Shown one piece after another: positions 37,401 through 48,971 of a stretch of DNA of 64,000 nt. A program made the position numbers and the translations under genes. The notes below the pieces were generated by a model. That model ran no database searches, had not been told where the DNA came from, and saw only the letters and a program-made list of their open reading frames with translations. Origin of the DNA: Amoebophrya sp. A120 (Eukaryota; Protista; Dinoflagellata); the NCBI GenBank assembly GCA_905178155.1, contig CAJINV010000005.1, positions 2,110,054 through 2,174,053 of the forward strand, written 5' to 3'. How positions within the stretch are numbered: position 1 is the first letter of the stretch; the number at the start of each line of letters is the position of its first letter.

Positions 37401-38040
37401 AGTAGAGGACTGCAGACAGATACAAAGCCGGATTAGGGCTGTTTTGGCGTAGGCGCCTAGCAAGCAAGGTAGGGCCATTCTCTGTAGGCCAGACAGCATT
37501 ACAAATTGCCTGCAGAACGCGGCGGGGTTTTTTTCTTTGTCTTCTTGCAATACAGAGACGATTTGTGGCCTCAAATCAGCATCACAAATTTTGAGAAGTA
37601 TCCCGCTCTGGTATGGGAAGGGGGGACTTTTCCTCACAATAGACCCTCCCACAAGCGCAGGACGACGGCTCTTCTTGTGCGTCGGCTGGGGACATCGCTA
37701 ACGCAAACAGGGGCCCTGCGAATGTTGCGCCTGCTATGCATTGCAAACATAATTATGTCCTCTGGAAGGTCGTGGTTGGGAAAGTTATGTACAACTATGC
37801 AGCTAAGAACCAGCATGTGTGAATCAGAAACGAAATCATTTTTACCTCCAACTACCTCCACACGGAGCCATGCATACAGACTTGCATGTAGCAGTTTTGC
37901 ATGCGAAACAACATGCGTCTTCACAGGTTTTTGACATGATCAGGAACTTTTACGACAAATCTTGCAACCGTCCAGACCCAGATCGATGTTTTTTTTGCAG
38001 TGGATAAGCGCTATGGCACAGCAACAGGTGGTACGATGAT
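34419..38040 (+). CDS. Putative secreted glycoside hydrolase, clan GH-B-like (GH7/GH16) ExDxxE motif
   Basis: NANFY...CD...CMELDLVE matches the E-x-D-x-x-E catalytic pattern. Trp/Gly/Cys-rich downstream exon. 3' end uncertain. Confidence 0.55.
34998..35303. mobile_element. Introner family F
   Basis: TSD AAAAG. Confidence 0.92.
35970..36236. mobile_element. Introner family B
   Basis: Family B TIRs; TSD GACGG. Confidence 0.9.
37316..37641. mobile_element. Introner family A
   Basis: Family A TIRs; TSD GACCC. Confidence 0.95.
37735..38006. mobile_element. Diverged B-like introner
   Basis: TATGCATTGCAAA...TTTGCAGTGGATA; TSD CCTGC/AGCGC. Confidence 0.7.
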
Positions 38041-38324
38041 AGCGCATCGTTATGTACCTCCTAAGAGAGAGGTACAAGGATGCCGCCCATGATCCTGTTT
38101 CATCAGATTGGTCATTCATCCTGATTTGTTGGCATCAAAATGTTCGCGGGTAGAAGCGGCACTAGTACGTCATTTTTGTTTCGTCTTAGCTAAAAATTGC
38201 TTTCCCTAAGTTTCAACAAATTCATCTTCGGCAACAGAACTAACGAAGATCCTCATCATCTTTTCGCACGAGAAGATCACAGCCCCTACCCCACTTCATC
38301 GAAATTTTGCTGTGCTTCGACGCA

Positions 38325-38424
38325 CTTCTAATTGTATTTCACGCAGCTTCTAATTGTATTTCACGCAAAATTTGAATACTTTTACTGCAGTCTTATCGTA
38401 ATACTTTTACTGCAGTCTTATCGT
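38325..38424. repeat. Two adjacent short tandem duplications
   Basis: CTTCTAATTGTATTTCACGCA x2 and AATACTTTTACTGCAGTCTTATCGT x2. Confidence 0.9.
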
Positions 38425-39195
38425 TTCAGATCAAACCGAGCAAACCCACATCGAACGTCAAATTCTCAAATGCACTAGTAGCCCAAAAATATCCCAAATC
38501 CTTTCACCCAAAACTCTTTCGCACTATCTCTCCGAAGTCCTTCTCCACGAAAAGAATTGTTCGCAAGACCAGGATCGTGCGATTACATAGGGGTTGTGTT
38601 CGCCCACAGTGTTCGATATGTCGATATTCATCTCTAGGGACCTCCTACCGAGTCGTTGCATTGCCGGTGCTTCTTCCGTTTCTCCCACGGCGACTAAAAA
38701 TCTTCGCAAAGGAAGATCTGGAATAGTTGGACCAATGCCCGGCAACTTGCTTTATTTGACACGAAAGGAACAAGTAGACTGGTATATTTGTATTTCGTTC
38801 TTCCTGATGCGACGCCGGAATTTCATGTACAAAAGTAGAAGGAGAACATTGCTGAAAGACGAGCACTAGACTACATTGGCACTAACTACACGTGCGAGCG
38901 GCCGCGAGAAGCCCTTGGTTGTCGCGACACGTTTCTTCATGCGAGAGGGCGCCACCAGCTTTTGTTTCTAGCGGACTCGGAGACTCTTTCGATGGACGAG
39001 GTTGTGACTCATACATGCACTTAGCAGCACGTTGATCTATTGCGCGACCACGACAGATTTTCTAGTTCTCCGTGCAACGGTAATAGTTGAGAGCGTGGCA
39101 ACACTATTTCTGAGCAATTCAGACGGGAATTCTCACGTGTACGACAGCAGCGCCGGGAAATATTCTTCAAATCCGAAACTTGAAATAAAATCACA

Positions 39196-42100
39196 ATGAT
39201 GACCGGAGCTTCAGGCTTCAACCTGTTCCGGCTGAGCAGGGCCACGCGGTTTGTAGCCGCCAGCGGCCTACTCCTCGCCGCATCTCCACGGTTCGTCACC
39301 GCAGATGCGGGCGACGCAGAAGCCGCCGGCAGCGCCGAATACGACGCCGTCGGGAAACCGAAAGAGGAGGGAGTCCGGTTTTTGGAGGACAAGGGAAAGG
39401 AATATCGGGTGTAGAAATGTCCCCGCGGCCCCAGTAGATTTGGCATCGCAATTTTGATGTTCAGGGCGTTTTTCATAATGTCGTTGCTTCCACTGAGAAG
39501 AATTAATTTTCTCACCGCGTTCATCTTTCGGAGTTCGAGTTTCTCATGCTCGAATGAGGATATGAGCAGGTGGGTTAGTGGAGATGTGGCGAAGCCCGCC
39601 ACACAAGACTGAGCTATGGCATGACAGAGAAATGCGTGACTCCTAAATAAACTTACGCATTTATTGTCGGGGAGAGATCTTCCCACCTTGATGTTGACTA
39701 GGGGCTCGTGGGAACGGTGCTTTTTCTCACAATATGGAAAGCGGAGTGATCACACTGCCTTCTGGGCTGATGTACAAGGTGCTCAAGAAAGGCGAAGGCA
39801 CCATGCACCCGAAAGTCGACACGCCGTGCTCGTTATCACACAGCAAAGGCTGAATGATGCTACCCATGCGACTAGCAGAAAGACCTTGTAATAATTCACC
39901 CTCATGCACCAGCATTATGCTGTAGATACTTATATCTTAAAAGCATGATCAAGATGCAAGACAATACGATACCTGGACGATGCAATCGCATCACAGAAGC
40001 TCTCTACTTGTGCAGCTGGAGTTGTTTAGGAACTGTTCAAATTCACCAATAAATTTTGGTTGTACATAACAACAAAGTTGTTGCTGCTAGTTAATATGTG
40101 AAGGTATTTGATACCCCCCTTTTTTCCATCTGATACCCGTGCCATTACAAGGGAACCCTGATCAACGGGGACAAGTTTGACAGCAGTTACGACCGCGGCC
40201 AACCGACGACGTTTGCGCCGAACCAGGTTCGTGATAGTCGGCTTGTCGCCGTCTACTTGATTCCGTTCGTTGTAGTTTCTTTTTGATGTGGAAGTAGGTT
40301 TTTTTGGCGCATTTTGCGAAACTATATGTTGTGAATTGAAAATAAGTTCTATCTTGAACATGAAATTCAGGTGATCCGAGGGTGGACCGAGGCGATGCAG
40401 CTGATGGTGGAGGGGGACAAGTGGGAAATGTACATCCCCTCGGACCTGGCCTACGGCGCAGGGGGCTCCCCGCCAAAGATCCCCGGCGATTCCACGCTGA
40501 TTTTCCAAATGGAAATCATGGCCATCAACGGCGAGGGCACACCGGTAAGCAAGACTACGCAAAATTTGTTGCAAAGGGATAGGTACGCACAGGGAAAAAA
40601 CACACACGACCGCCTCCAATGCGTGGCGCCGCTTGCATGGAGCATATATGTAGTAGAGTGCATTATAATTCTTGGCACACAGCACGCGTCTCTGTTTACT
40701 GCATGACGCATCGAGTTTCAGTTTGGAGCTGCATTCATGGTTTAATGCGGTGAAGTCGTTTGTGTTTCCAGCGCAATACAAGTTCCTTAAATCGGAATCG
40801 TCACCGTGTGCCGATTGCGAGCGCTAGCGGCGGGAAATCCTTCTTGGCTGATTTGTCGTAAGCCTGGCACCTGCAAGTATGTACAAAAATGTGTACCTGT
40901 AGTTGTACATGACCGGAGGGAAACGGAGCCGTCGGTAGTTTCCCGAAGGAAATGTCGAAAAGTTTCGTATCTCCGCGTAGTCGCGTTTCATTTACTTATC
41001 ATGATGGCCCAAATAAAACGTGGGCGCTCCTACTTCTGCCGCTTTTTCTATTCGAAAAGAAGTAATACTTCGCACAACAACTAGCAAAAGATTTGACTTA
41101 CACGAAAGTGAAGACTCTATCATGATGTTGAGACAAGCATCAAATGGAAAGATCACTCTTTATCAACCAGGAGTGGCTGCTTTTTTCCGGCCACCATGTT
41201 TCGACACACAAGAACAAATTTTGCACAAGAAGTATGTAGTGTGAGGCAAGCGGTGAAGAGGCAAATTTGGAAGTCCTTGCAACGCTCGAAAGTGAACAAC
41301 TGCTGTTCAACCTTGAGCGCAATGGACAAAACAAAGCGCAACGAACCCACCCAGGCCATTAGCTTTTAGTAAGCTTGTAGATGACCAGTAGTAAGTGGTA
41401 GGAGTCAACATCCATTGGCCGATCTTTTTTTTGTTTTTTCTCGGTGAAGTGGGCGCTATCCACCTCTACCTTCAACGAAAAAGTTCTCCGGAGGAGGGCC
41501 ATTCATTGTCGTATTCTATCTGTCAAACTCAACATCAATAAGGCCAATCGCTGTGACGCGCAGACGCTCGAGGGTTGCGACGAACGGCAAACCAAGTACA
41601 TCGAAAAGCAGAAGGCCAAAACCCCGGATATCAGATTCTCAAACGCTACATTCTCAACTGTTACATGATTTGCCATGCAGAGTGTAGTCCATGAGCATGA
41701 ACGCTCGCGACCAAGCCACCTCGCGTGACAAGTTTGCGACGCGCTAAAAAGCATGGAAAGCTGCGCCAGGCTTTCTGCAGTGCAAAACGCGCAAGCTTCC
41801 TTCTCTCGCTTTTCCTATTCTTGCATCGGAAACGGATGCAACAGTTGAGAAGGTAACGCTTGAGAATCCCATTCGGGAGGAGGTGCAGTCGGAGCTAGAC
41901 CGCGCGGGAAAAATGTATGCCGACAACATGCAGAGCAAAAACCTGACCCGCAAGATATGCTGCGTTAAAAACCTGTACGCATCTTCGCTCAGACTACTTC
42001 TCGTGCAAGTGTCTCGCATGCCAAGAACATGTGTGGTCTCATGCTCAGGAGCGCGGGCCCTGTTGAGGAGCATTTTCTAGTGCAGCTGTATCGGAATTTA

Positions 42101-42340
42101 TCGTCATGCTCCAATCAGGATTGGGTACTATAATCCGATGTGTTGTATGCGACTGCGCACGCAGGTACTGACACTGAGACAGACGAGTACAATATCAACT
42201 GCAAGTTCTTGCAAGTCTCGACTGAGGGGTGGGTACATGATTTTTACACAGGATACGAGGCCCGGCAGTGGCTGGAGGTGCGGCTGGCTATTTTGACCCA
42301 GCTAGTGAAAGGATCGAAGAAGGAGAAGGAGGAGCTCTAA
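39196..42340 (+). CDS. FKBP-type peptidyl-prolyl isomerase (MIP-like) with signal peptide and C-terminal KEEL
   Basis: [77 protein letters not shown]; ends KEKEEL*. Confidence 0.92.
39403..39734. mobile_element. Diverged introner in FKBP
   Basis: TSD AGGAA/TGGAA; restores KE|SGVITLPSG. Confidence 0.8.
39834..40135. mobile_element. Diverged introner in FKBP
   Basis: TSD CTCGT/CCCGT; restores PCS|CHYKG. Confidence 0.8.
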
Positions 42341-42924
42341 GGGAGATGCAGCGTTAGAAATACGGTGCGACACCAGGATACGTCGACCCGGCGCTCTTCA
42401 GAGGCTAGAAATAACATGCTCATCCGATGAATAAGAAACAACAATTTTTTTTTTTTTGCACTTCAGCTTCCTAGAACTTCGAGGCAGAGCGTGCTCCACA
42501 AACCGTTTTTTGAAAGTGAAAGCATCACCACAGTAAGTACCGCAGCACGACTAAGCGAAAGCACGATCACGATCAAGGACGAAGATCTCGGAGGGCAAAG
42601 CTTTTTTTCGGCTCCACATCGAGACGGACACTGTTCGTTGGCAGTCGTTTGAGTACCTAAGTGCATTCCCCTTCTTCTCGCCGATATAGGTGTCGGTTCT
42701 CGTGTGCTTTCCAAACAAAAGCTGTGTGCTGGCCTCATCTCTATTCTTCCATTCAAACTTCGTATGAGCTTATTGATTCGTCTAACTCTCCAGCACTGCT
42801 GTTGCGATTGGTGAAAGTGAATTGGTACAACAGTGATAGAGAGCAAGCAAAATGAGCTAGTAGTCAATAGTTCTATGCTACAACCAACTCGTCCAAAATT
42901 TAGCAATCCAGAAGCACGATTAAT

Positions 42925-44601
42925 ATGCTTGCCCCCGGGCGTTCGCTGGTTCGCCGGCACCTTGGGACGATTGCTCTGGGCTCGTCCGCCTGCGTTCTGT
43001 TTCTGAAGTACCAGTCGGATCGGGCGCACAGAAGGGCGAAAGAGTACCAAATAGCGCCGATCCAGCAAGTCATTTCTGAAAATCACCTGCACGTCGATGG
43101 CCGGCCTCCGTGCGGGAGCGACGTTTTTCCCTACAAAACCTCGATCACGGAATTCGACCGGTTGAGGACCTACTACGAGTTATCGTAAGGAAAAATCCCC
43201 CCTCTCCATGTCGAGAAGAAAACTCGTGATGCTGATTTGTGACCACGAATCAGCTCTGTCTTGCGTACAAGGCAAACGGCACCCATGTGGCGCATTGTGC
43301 AGCGAGTCTGTCATGCGGTTTCGCCTATGTAAGACTTGTTCCTCATGCTCAGCTGCTAGCCGGCTGCGTACCCAAATACGCTTCAAATATGCCGGCAAGC
43401 TCTTGCTGCAATACAAAGCTCATTTGTGCACACAAAGCCAGCAACGCAAATTTTCTTGTGAATATGGGGTAGGGGCTTTTTTCATTTTGATACGAGCTAC
43501 TCTTGCAACCGGTTATCGACAAGCTCCAGCTAACCAATGGGTACGTGATTGGAACTATGCATTGCAAAAGTACTTCTATCGGACTACTACGACGTGCATC
43601 ACAAATGTTTTCAGAAAGAGAGTTGGAGTTTGTCATGCTGAGATAGTAGCTAAAAAATCCAGGGCTGTCGTCATGCAAAGCTGGCATAATTGATATGAGC
43701 TCGATATTACTTTTGCACTGCATAGGAACCATCGCCAGCGCACTCGTGGCCCACCGCTGCTACACAATTTTCCAGCAAATCATGACGGTGAGATGCGGTG
43801 ACGTGGCGTACAATTTGCGGCAGCCGTACGAAGAGAATCGTTGGGAACTTGGCAAAATTCTGGGAACTACGATTTGGTGTTAGAACTCAAATTCAGCAGG
43901 ACACTACAACTTCTGACTATGGTTCGGACTTTGTTTCAGGCTGCGCGCGCGGACACCCCCGCCCCTCCCGACAGCCTTTTTGATGTTGCTTAATGGCCGC
44001 GCAACAGTTGTAATTAAAATTATGGTGGGACTATGGGGATTGCCTGTGCCTGCCCTGCCTTTCAGCGACTCCATTTTTGGTATGCCGGCCACAGGCTCCA
44101 TCCCAGGACCACTCGCATCTGATGCGACACAGGTCCTTTTGTGGGCCAAAGAGCGATGGAGAATTCCGTTCCAGTTATTGTCAATTTCCCAGATGATTAT
44201 GGCACGCTTATATCCCGGACCTCCTACACATGCGGCGACGAGTGTTGTCCCAGGGAATCTACGCCAACGGACTGCTGCCGATCGGTTTGCTGTGCTGCGC
44301 CGGTGGGGTAGCGTTCGGGATACGGGAAGCGATTGTGTCTCCCGTCGACCTCGAAGAGGTCGGCGAAGTTCCCGAAACAGCATCGGCACTCAGCACCGGT
44401 GCACGGCGAGAAAGTGGAAATAAAATCCGCGGTACAACACCCCACGCAGCTTCGCCCTCTACTTTTCTCGAACAGCTCCGCACGGACGTCTTCGGCTATC
44501 CGTTGCTCGTTCTGAGAGACGGCCTGTCGCCGGTGTTGCGGAGCCTGTCGTCCTCAAATCTGGCGGAATTCTCCAATTTCGTGAACTCCGCGACGCGGTA
44601 G
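42925..44601 (+). CDS. Hypothetical membrane protein
   Basis: Frame restored across elements 43181 and 43556. Hydrophobic segments; Arg-rich N-terminus. Confidence 0.6.
43181..43492. mobile_element. Introner family A
   Basis: Family A TIRs; TSD CGAGT/CGAGC. Confidence 0.9.
43556..43724. mobile_element. Introner family D (short)
   Basis: TSD GGAAC. Confidence 0.9.
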
Positions 44602-45400
44602 GGAATACCTTGAAAAGACAGCGGCGGGGCAGGAACGTAGTAAAACGTGGCAGGAGTATGTGCCTAGCAGTGACTTGGACGACTCAGGCACGAAGGACGA
44701 GGCAGAGGCGGAGGAGTCACGAAGCGACTTTCCTCCACTGTAGACTCAGTCTGAATCGCTGGTCGGGGGAGCCGCGGTGAGCGGCAGCAAGACCGGATAG
44801 AACAACTCTAGCAGAACTTGTGCGAATAAATGCGCAACTAAGTTGTACTTACTCAGCGCTTCTGTAGGTGTGGAGGCATCAACTTGGATCTACTCGAATC
44901 GCCGATACAACCGAAAGGTGGAGCTTTAATCTTCTCTTTCCAAGACTGGAAACCTAAATCAAGAGCCGTTCATGCACGACCCTTTTTTCTCATCATCGCG
45001 CGTGCCTCCAAGTGTTCGACGAGTCACACTCTACTTATGCACCTTCATCGGCAGAGCCTATCAAGCTAGTTTTTGGATGGAAGAAGTTTTGATGATCTTG
45101 GTACAATTTGCGATCCCAGAGTTGATCTACCCGTATTGGTTTTTCTAGTGCCTCGCAGCTCGTAGCACGTATAATTGAGTCTCATCGACGTTGTAGAAGG
45201 AGTTGTGGCTCCCACCCCTGTGATGTGCCACAACAAGAAGCGCAGGGGAGCACCAAATCGGTTTATTTATTTTCAATAGCTAATCTTGAGTACTTCAACT
45301 TCTACTTTAGAGCGCGCGTTTTCCTTTGATCGATTAGATACGAGAGAAGGAGAACACATCTTCGACTCGGACGTGCGGGATCATTTTAGTATATAGAATT

Positions 45401-48400
45401 ATGTCCTCTTCCGGCAGCACGGCGCACCGCGTACGCACGAGGCTGTCCGACTGGCAAGAAAATGCGAAACAGCTGACGCAGTTACGCAGGGACGAGGACC
45501 GAAACGACAACCAGGCGGAGTTTCTGCGGCGGGAACTGTCGCAGCGGATCAAGGAACAGGCCCTGTTCAGCAAGCAGGAGCGGGAGCAGATCATGGCCTG
45601 CGTGGCGGCGCAGAAAAAGCTGGACTTGCTGAAAACGGCCGTGTGGAAGAAAAAAACTGCGATAGAAAAGCTGCAAGCGAATTTATTGGAGAAAAAATCC
45701 CTTCTGTCGGAGAAGCAAAGACACAACGAATCGCTGCGGAGAAGTGTGCAGTCGGTGGTGAAGCGGTTTAAGGAGATGCACACAGCAAGAGATAGCCATC
45801 AAGTGCCTATGCTTAATACAATACCGCCGCCTGCAGGCCGCGCAGCTGGGGGTGTCGTGGGGGCGGGGGTGTCGCATCTTCCCAGTAGTAATACGGGAAA
45901 TAACTACGGAGCATCTTCGTCGTCTTCCACGACCAGCGGAGGTGGTGGTGGTGCACACAATGCGAAAGTCCCGAACCACCTCGCCGACAACGCCATGCTG
46001 TTGCGCGCACGGCGGATCTACATGGCGCGGCAGCTGATGCAGCTTTTCCCGATCGAGAAGCGCACGGACCACGAGTATCGCGAGGAAAAATCCCCCCTCC
46101 CCATATTGAAAAGGTGCGCTTTCGAAAATTTGCGTTGCTGATTTGTTACCACAAATCGCGTCTGTCTTGCAAGAAGGCAACCTCACAGGTTCCGCCGCAT
46201 TATGCAGGCGGTTTGTCATGCTGTTGGGCCTACAGCGCAGACGTTTTTTATGCTAAGCGACTAGGCCAAAGCCTCTCTACTCTGGCTTGATATGGGTCTG
46301 CAGTCCTCTCCAGCAAGACAAATCTCATCTGTTTACGCAAATCCAGCATCAGAAACATCGTTTTGATATGGGGAGGGGGGATTTTTCTTTTTGATAACGA
46401 GCCAAGGAGGATTCGGAGTCTGCCCGTCTCGGTGAACCTGTCCCAAGTGGATTCCGGCCGCGAGGCGGAGATTCGGAACACGGCCCTGGGCTACGTCGCG
46501 CACTTTTTTCTGCTGCTGACGAAGTACCTGGATATATCCTATGTAAAAACGCCCCCACCCCTGAGTTGTCATGCAGATTTGCGACTACAGGAACATTTGT
46601 AATGCGCAGCTCTACGAGAGGCATTTCCAATCGTGTTTTGGAATCTGTAATGCTGTAAACAGGATGGGAAAGTGGCTTTCTCATGCAGCTTCTCTTGGTA
46701 ACCAGCACTACACTGCAGATAGAAACTTGTCATGCACAACTCCCAAACTTTGGAGATTTGTGTTGCAGATTTACCATCAACTTGACTTTGGGGTGGGGAC
46801 GTTTTTAGTCAGGATAGAATATACCGGTCCGCCACTCCGTCCGGTTTTCCGGCACGTCGCTGTGCTTCGTTCTGTATCAGAAGGCAAAATCCCCCCTCCC
46901 CATATTGAGCGGGTATGTTTCCGAAAATTTGTGTTGCGGATTTGAGGTCACAAATCACATTTGTATTGCAAGAAAACAAGGGCAGAAGCTTCCGCCCCAT
47001 TATGGAAGCGGTTTGTCTTGCTGTTGGGCCTAAAGGGGAGCCGTTTGCCATGCTGAACAACTAGACCCCTACGCCCCTATCTAGCCCGGGGACCTGGCCG
47101 CAATGCCTCTCTGCAATACAAATCTGATTTGTGTACACAAATCCAGCATCAGAAGTTTCGTGTTGATATGGGGAGGGAGGATTTTTCCATTCGATATTCT
47201 GGCGAACATACGCATTGCAACTTATATCGATCTAGGTCTGGAAACTTATAAAGTGCTAGTCTGGTATGAAAATAATTATTTCTATACGCGCACTGCAATA
47301 GTACGCAGACGCAGCCATGCATGACAAGTTTCTGAGCTGCTACAAGGCGAAGCTGCGCATGAAGATTCCGCATGACCAGGTGCATCACAGAGTTCCGAGT
47401 CAGACCGATACTGTTTCCTTGGATAGAAGAGCCCGACGTGCAACACCGCCGGGCTGGCAAGTTTGAACGAGTTGTTTTCATCAAACTCCGGGGCCGCGAT
47501 GAACCACGCTTCTTCCGCCTCCGCCGCCGGAACATCCGCAGCAACCGCGGCGCTGGGGGTCGCGTCCGGCCTGACGAATGTGGCGAAGAACATCCAAAAT
47601 TTCATCACCAGCGCGGGCATCACGCAGCAGCAGTTTGAGCGGCAGATCACGGTGTGCCCCATGTTCTACCGCGGGTCCTACAACAGCAAGTCTAAATTCC
47701 CCTTCGAAAGCACGGGGTCCAACTTGCAGCAAGCCGTAGGGCACCTGTTGGCGAACCTCGCGCAGCTGTACCTGGCGTTGGGCTACGAGCAGCTGACGAT
47801 GAGGGAGGGATATGACCTGCTCAAGCGTTACAATCTCAAACGTTACAATAGAACTGGGAAATCTGTGATGCAAGAAGTGCATGATCTAGCCAAGTCTCAT
47901 AGGACTGCGCATGACAAGTTCCAGAGTCCCAAACCGCGCTACAATCTGCCGCAATTTGTGTTGCGGAAAGTGGAGTGGTCTGTGAGTCTGTCATGCTCAT
48001 TATGCAAGACAAATTTTTCCAGATTCTATTGTAACGTTTGGGATTGTAACGTTTGAGCAGGCCATAAGGAACTGTTGGAAAATCTAGAATTTCTCCTCGC
48101 CAAGGAGTTTCTGTGATGAAGGGTACTACGTATCCTATGTAAAACCGTCCCCGCCCCAGAGTCGTCGTACAAATCTGCATGCCAAAAAAGTTTCTCATGG
48201 GAAGCCCCATGAGAAGCCTTTTCCAGTCGTGTTTTGGGATTTGTGATGCTAGAAATAGCATGATGTGATAGATCTGTGATGCTGCTAAACTAGCTCAACA
48301 GGATAACACTACGAGGGCGAACTTGTCATGCGAAACAGCCAAAGTCTGCTGATTTGTCTAGCAGCTTTCCCATCTTGACTCTGGTATGGGGACGTTTTTA

Positions 48401-48489
48401 CTCGGTATACTGCGCCCGAAAAGTTTGAGTTATGGAAAATGTTCGGTGTGAAGCGAATTCCTAGAATGATTCCTTGCGACGAAAAATGA
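45401..48489 (+). CDS. UVRAG/Vps38/Atg14-family PI3K complex subunit
   Basis: N-terminal coiled coil, then RQLMQLFPI, IRSLP, TALGYVAHFFLLLTKYLDIPVRHSVRFSG, KFPF...LQQAVGHLLANLAQL, as in the Atg14/UVRAG domain. Six introner introns. Confidence 0.8.
46076..46396. mobile_element. Introner family A
   Basis: Family A TIRs; TSD ACGAG. Confidence 0.95.
46535..46816. mobile_element. Introner family C
   Basis: TSD GGATA/GAATA. Confidence 0.9.
46875..47196. mobile_element. Introner family A
   Basis: Family A TIRs; TSD TTCTG. Confidence 0.95.
47209..47425. mobile_element. Diverged B-like introner
   Basis: TACG...GATA; TSD GAACA/GAAGA. Confidence 0.75.
47811..48066. mobile_element. Introner family E
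   Basis: Reverse-complement homologue of 1400-1662; TSD AGGGA/AGGAA. Confidence 0.92.
48131..48409. mobile_element. Introner family C
   Basis: TSD CTACG/CTGCG. Confidence 0.9.
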
Positions 48490-48971
48490 ATAAAATCAAG
48501 CGACTGGAGGTGCCTGGCTGTTTTTGCATGACGAGTAGCCAGATAACAAACTACTACACAACTCGCATGACGAGATCGGCGATGCCGTAAATACAAGCAA
48601 GTAATGCGAAGAAAGAGAAACGAGAAAGCGTGATAGATGGGTTGGTGTTTGGTAGTTCGCCGGATCTTGAATATTGAAATGGATCACGCTATTTTTTGAC
48701 ACGGTTTCGAAAAAGGCCTTGGATCCTTATTGACCGTTTTCTTTACATCTTCCTAACACATTCTTGATTTATTTTCCATTCCCGAATGGGTGTCATTTTT
48801 ACTGTATGTTTCGCAGCATCTGCACTTTATTCTTTTTCTTATATAATGCAGTAGTACGCGAAAAAACTGTGAAAGCAAATTTTCTCGCCCCGAAATATAA
48901 TTGCTATAGTTGTTTTGACGTTTCAAATAATACTCTTTCCAAGATATTTTTACAAAATACCCTAACTCAAG

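Noticed and set aside
1907-47196. Recurring short ORF peptides (KNPPSPYQNEVSDAGF, CKNVWVWK, FQTQTFL) suggesting a repeated protein domain
   Set aside because: They are translations of introner TIRs in arbitrary frames.
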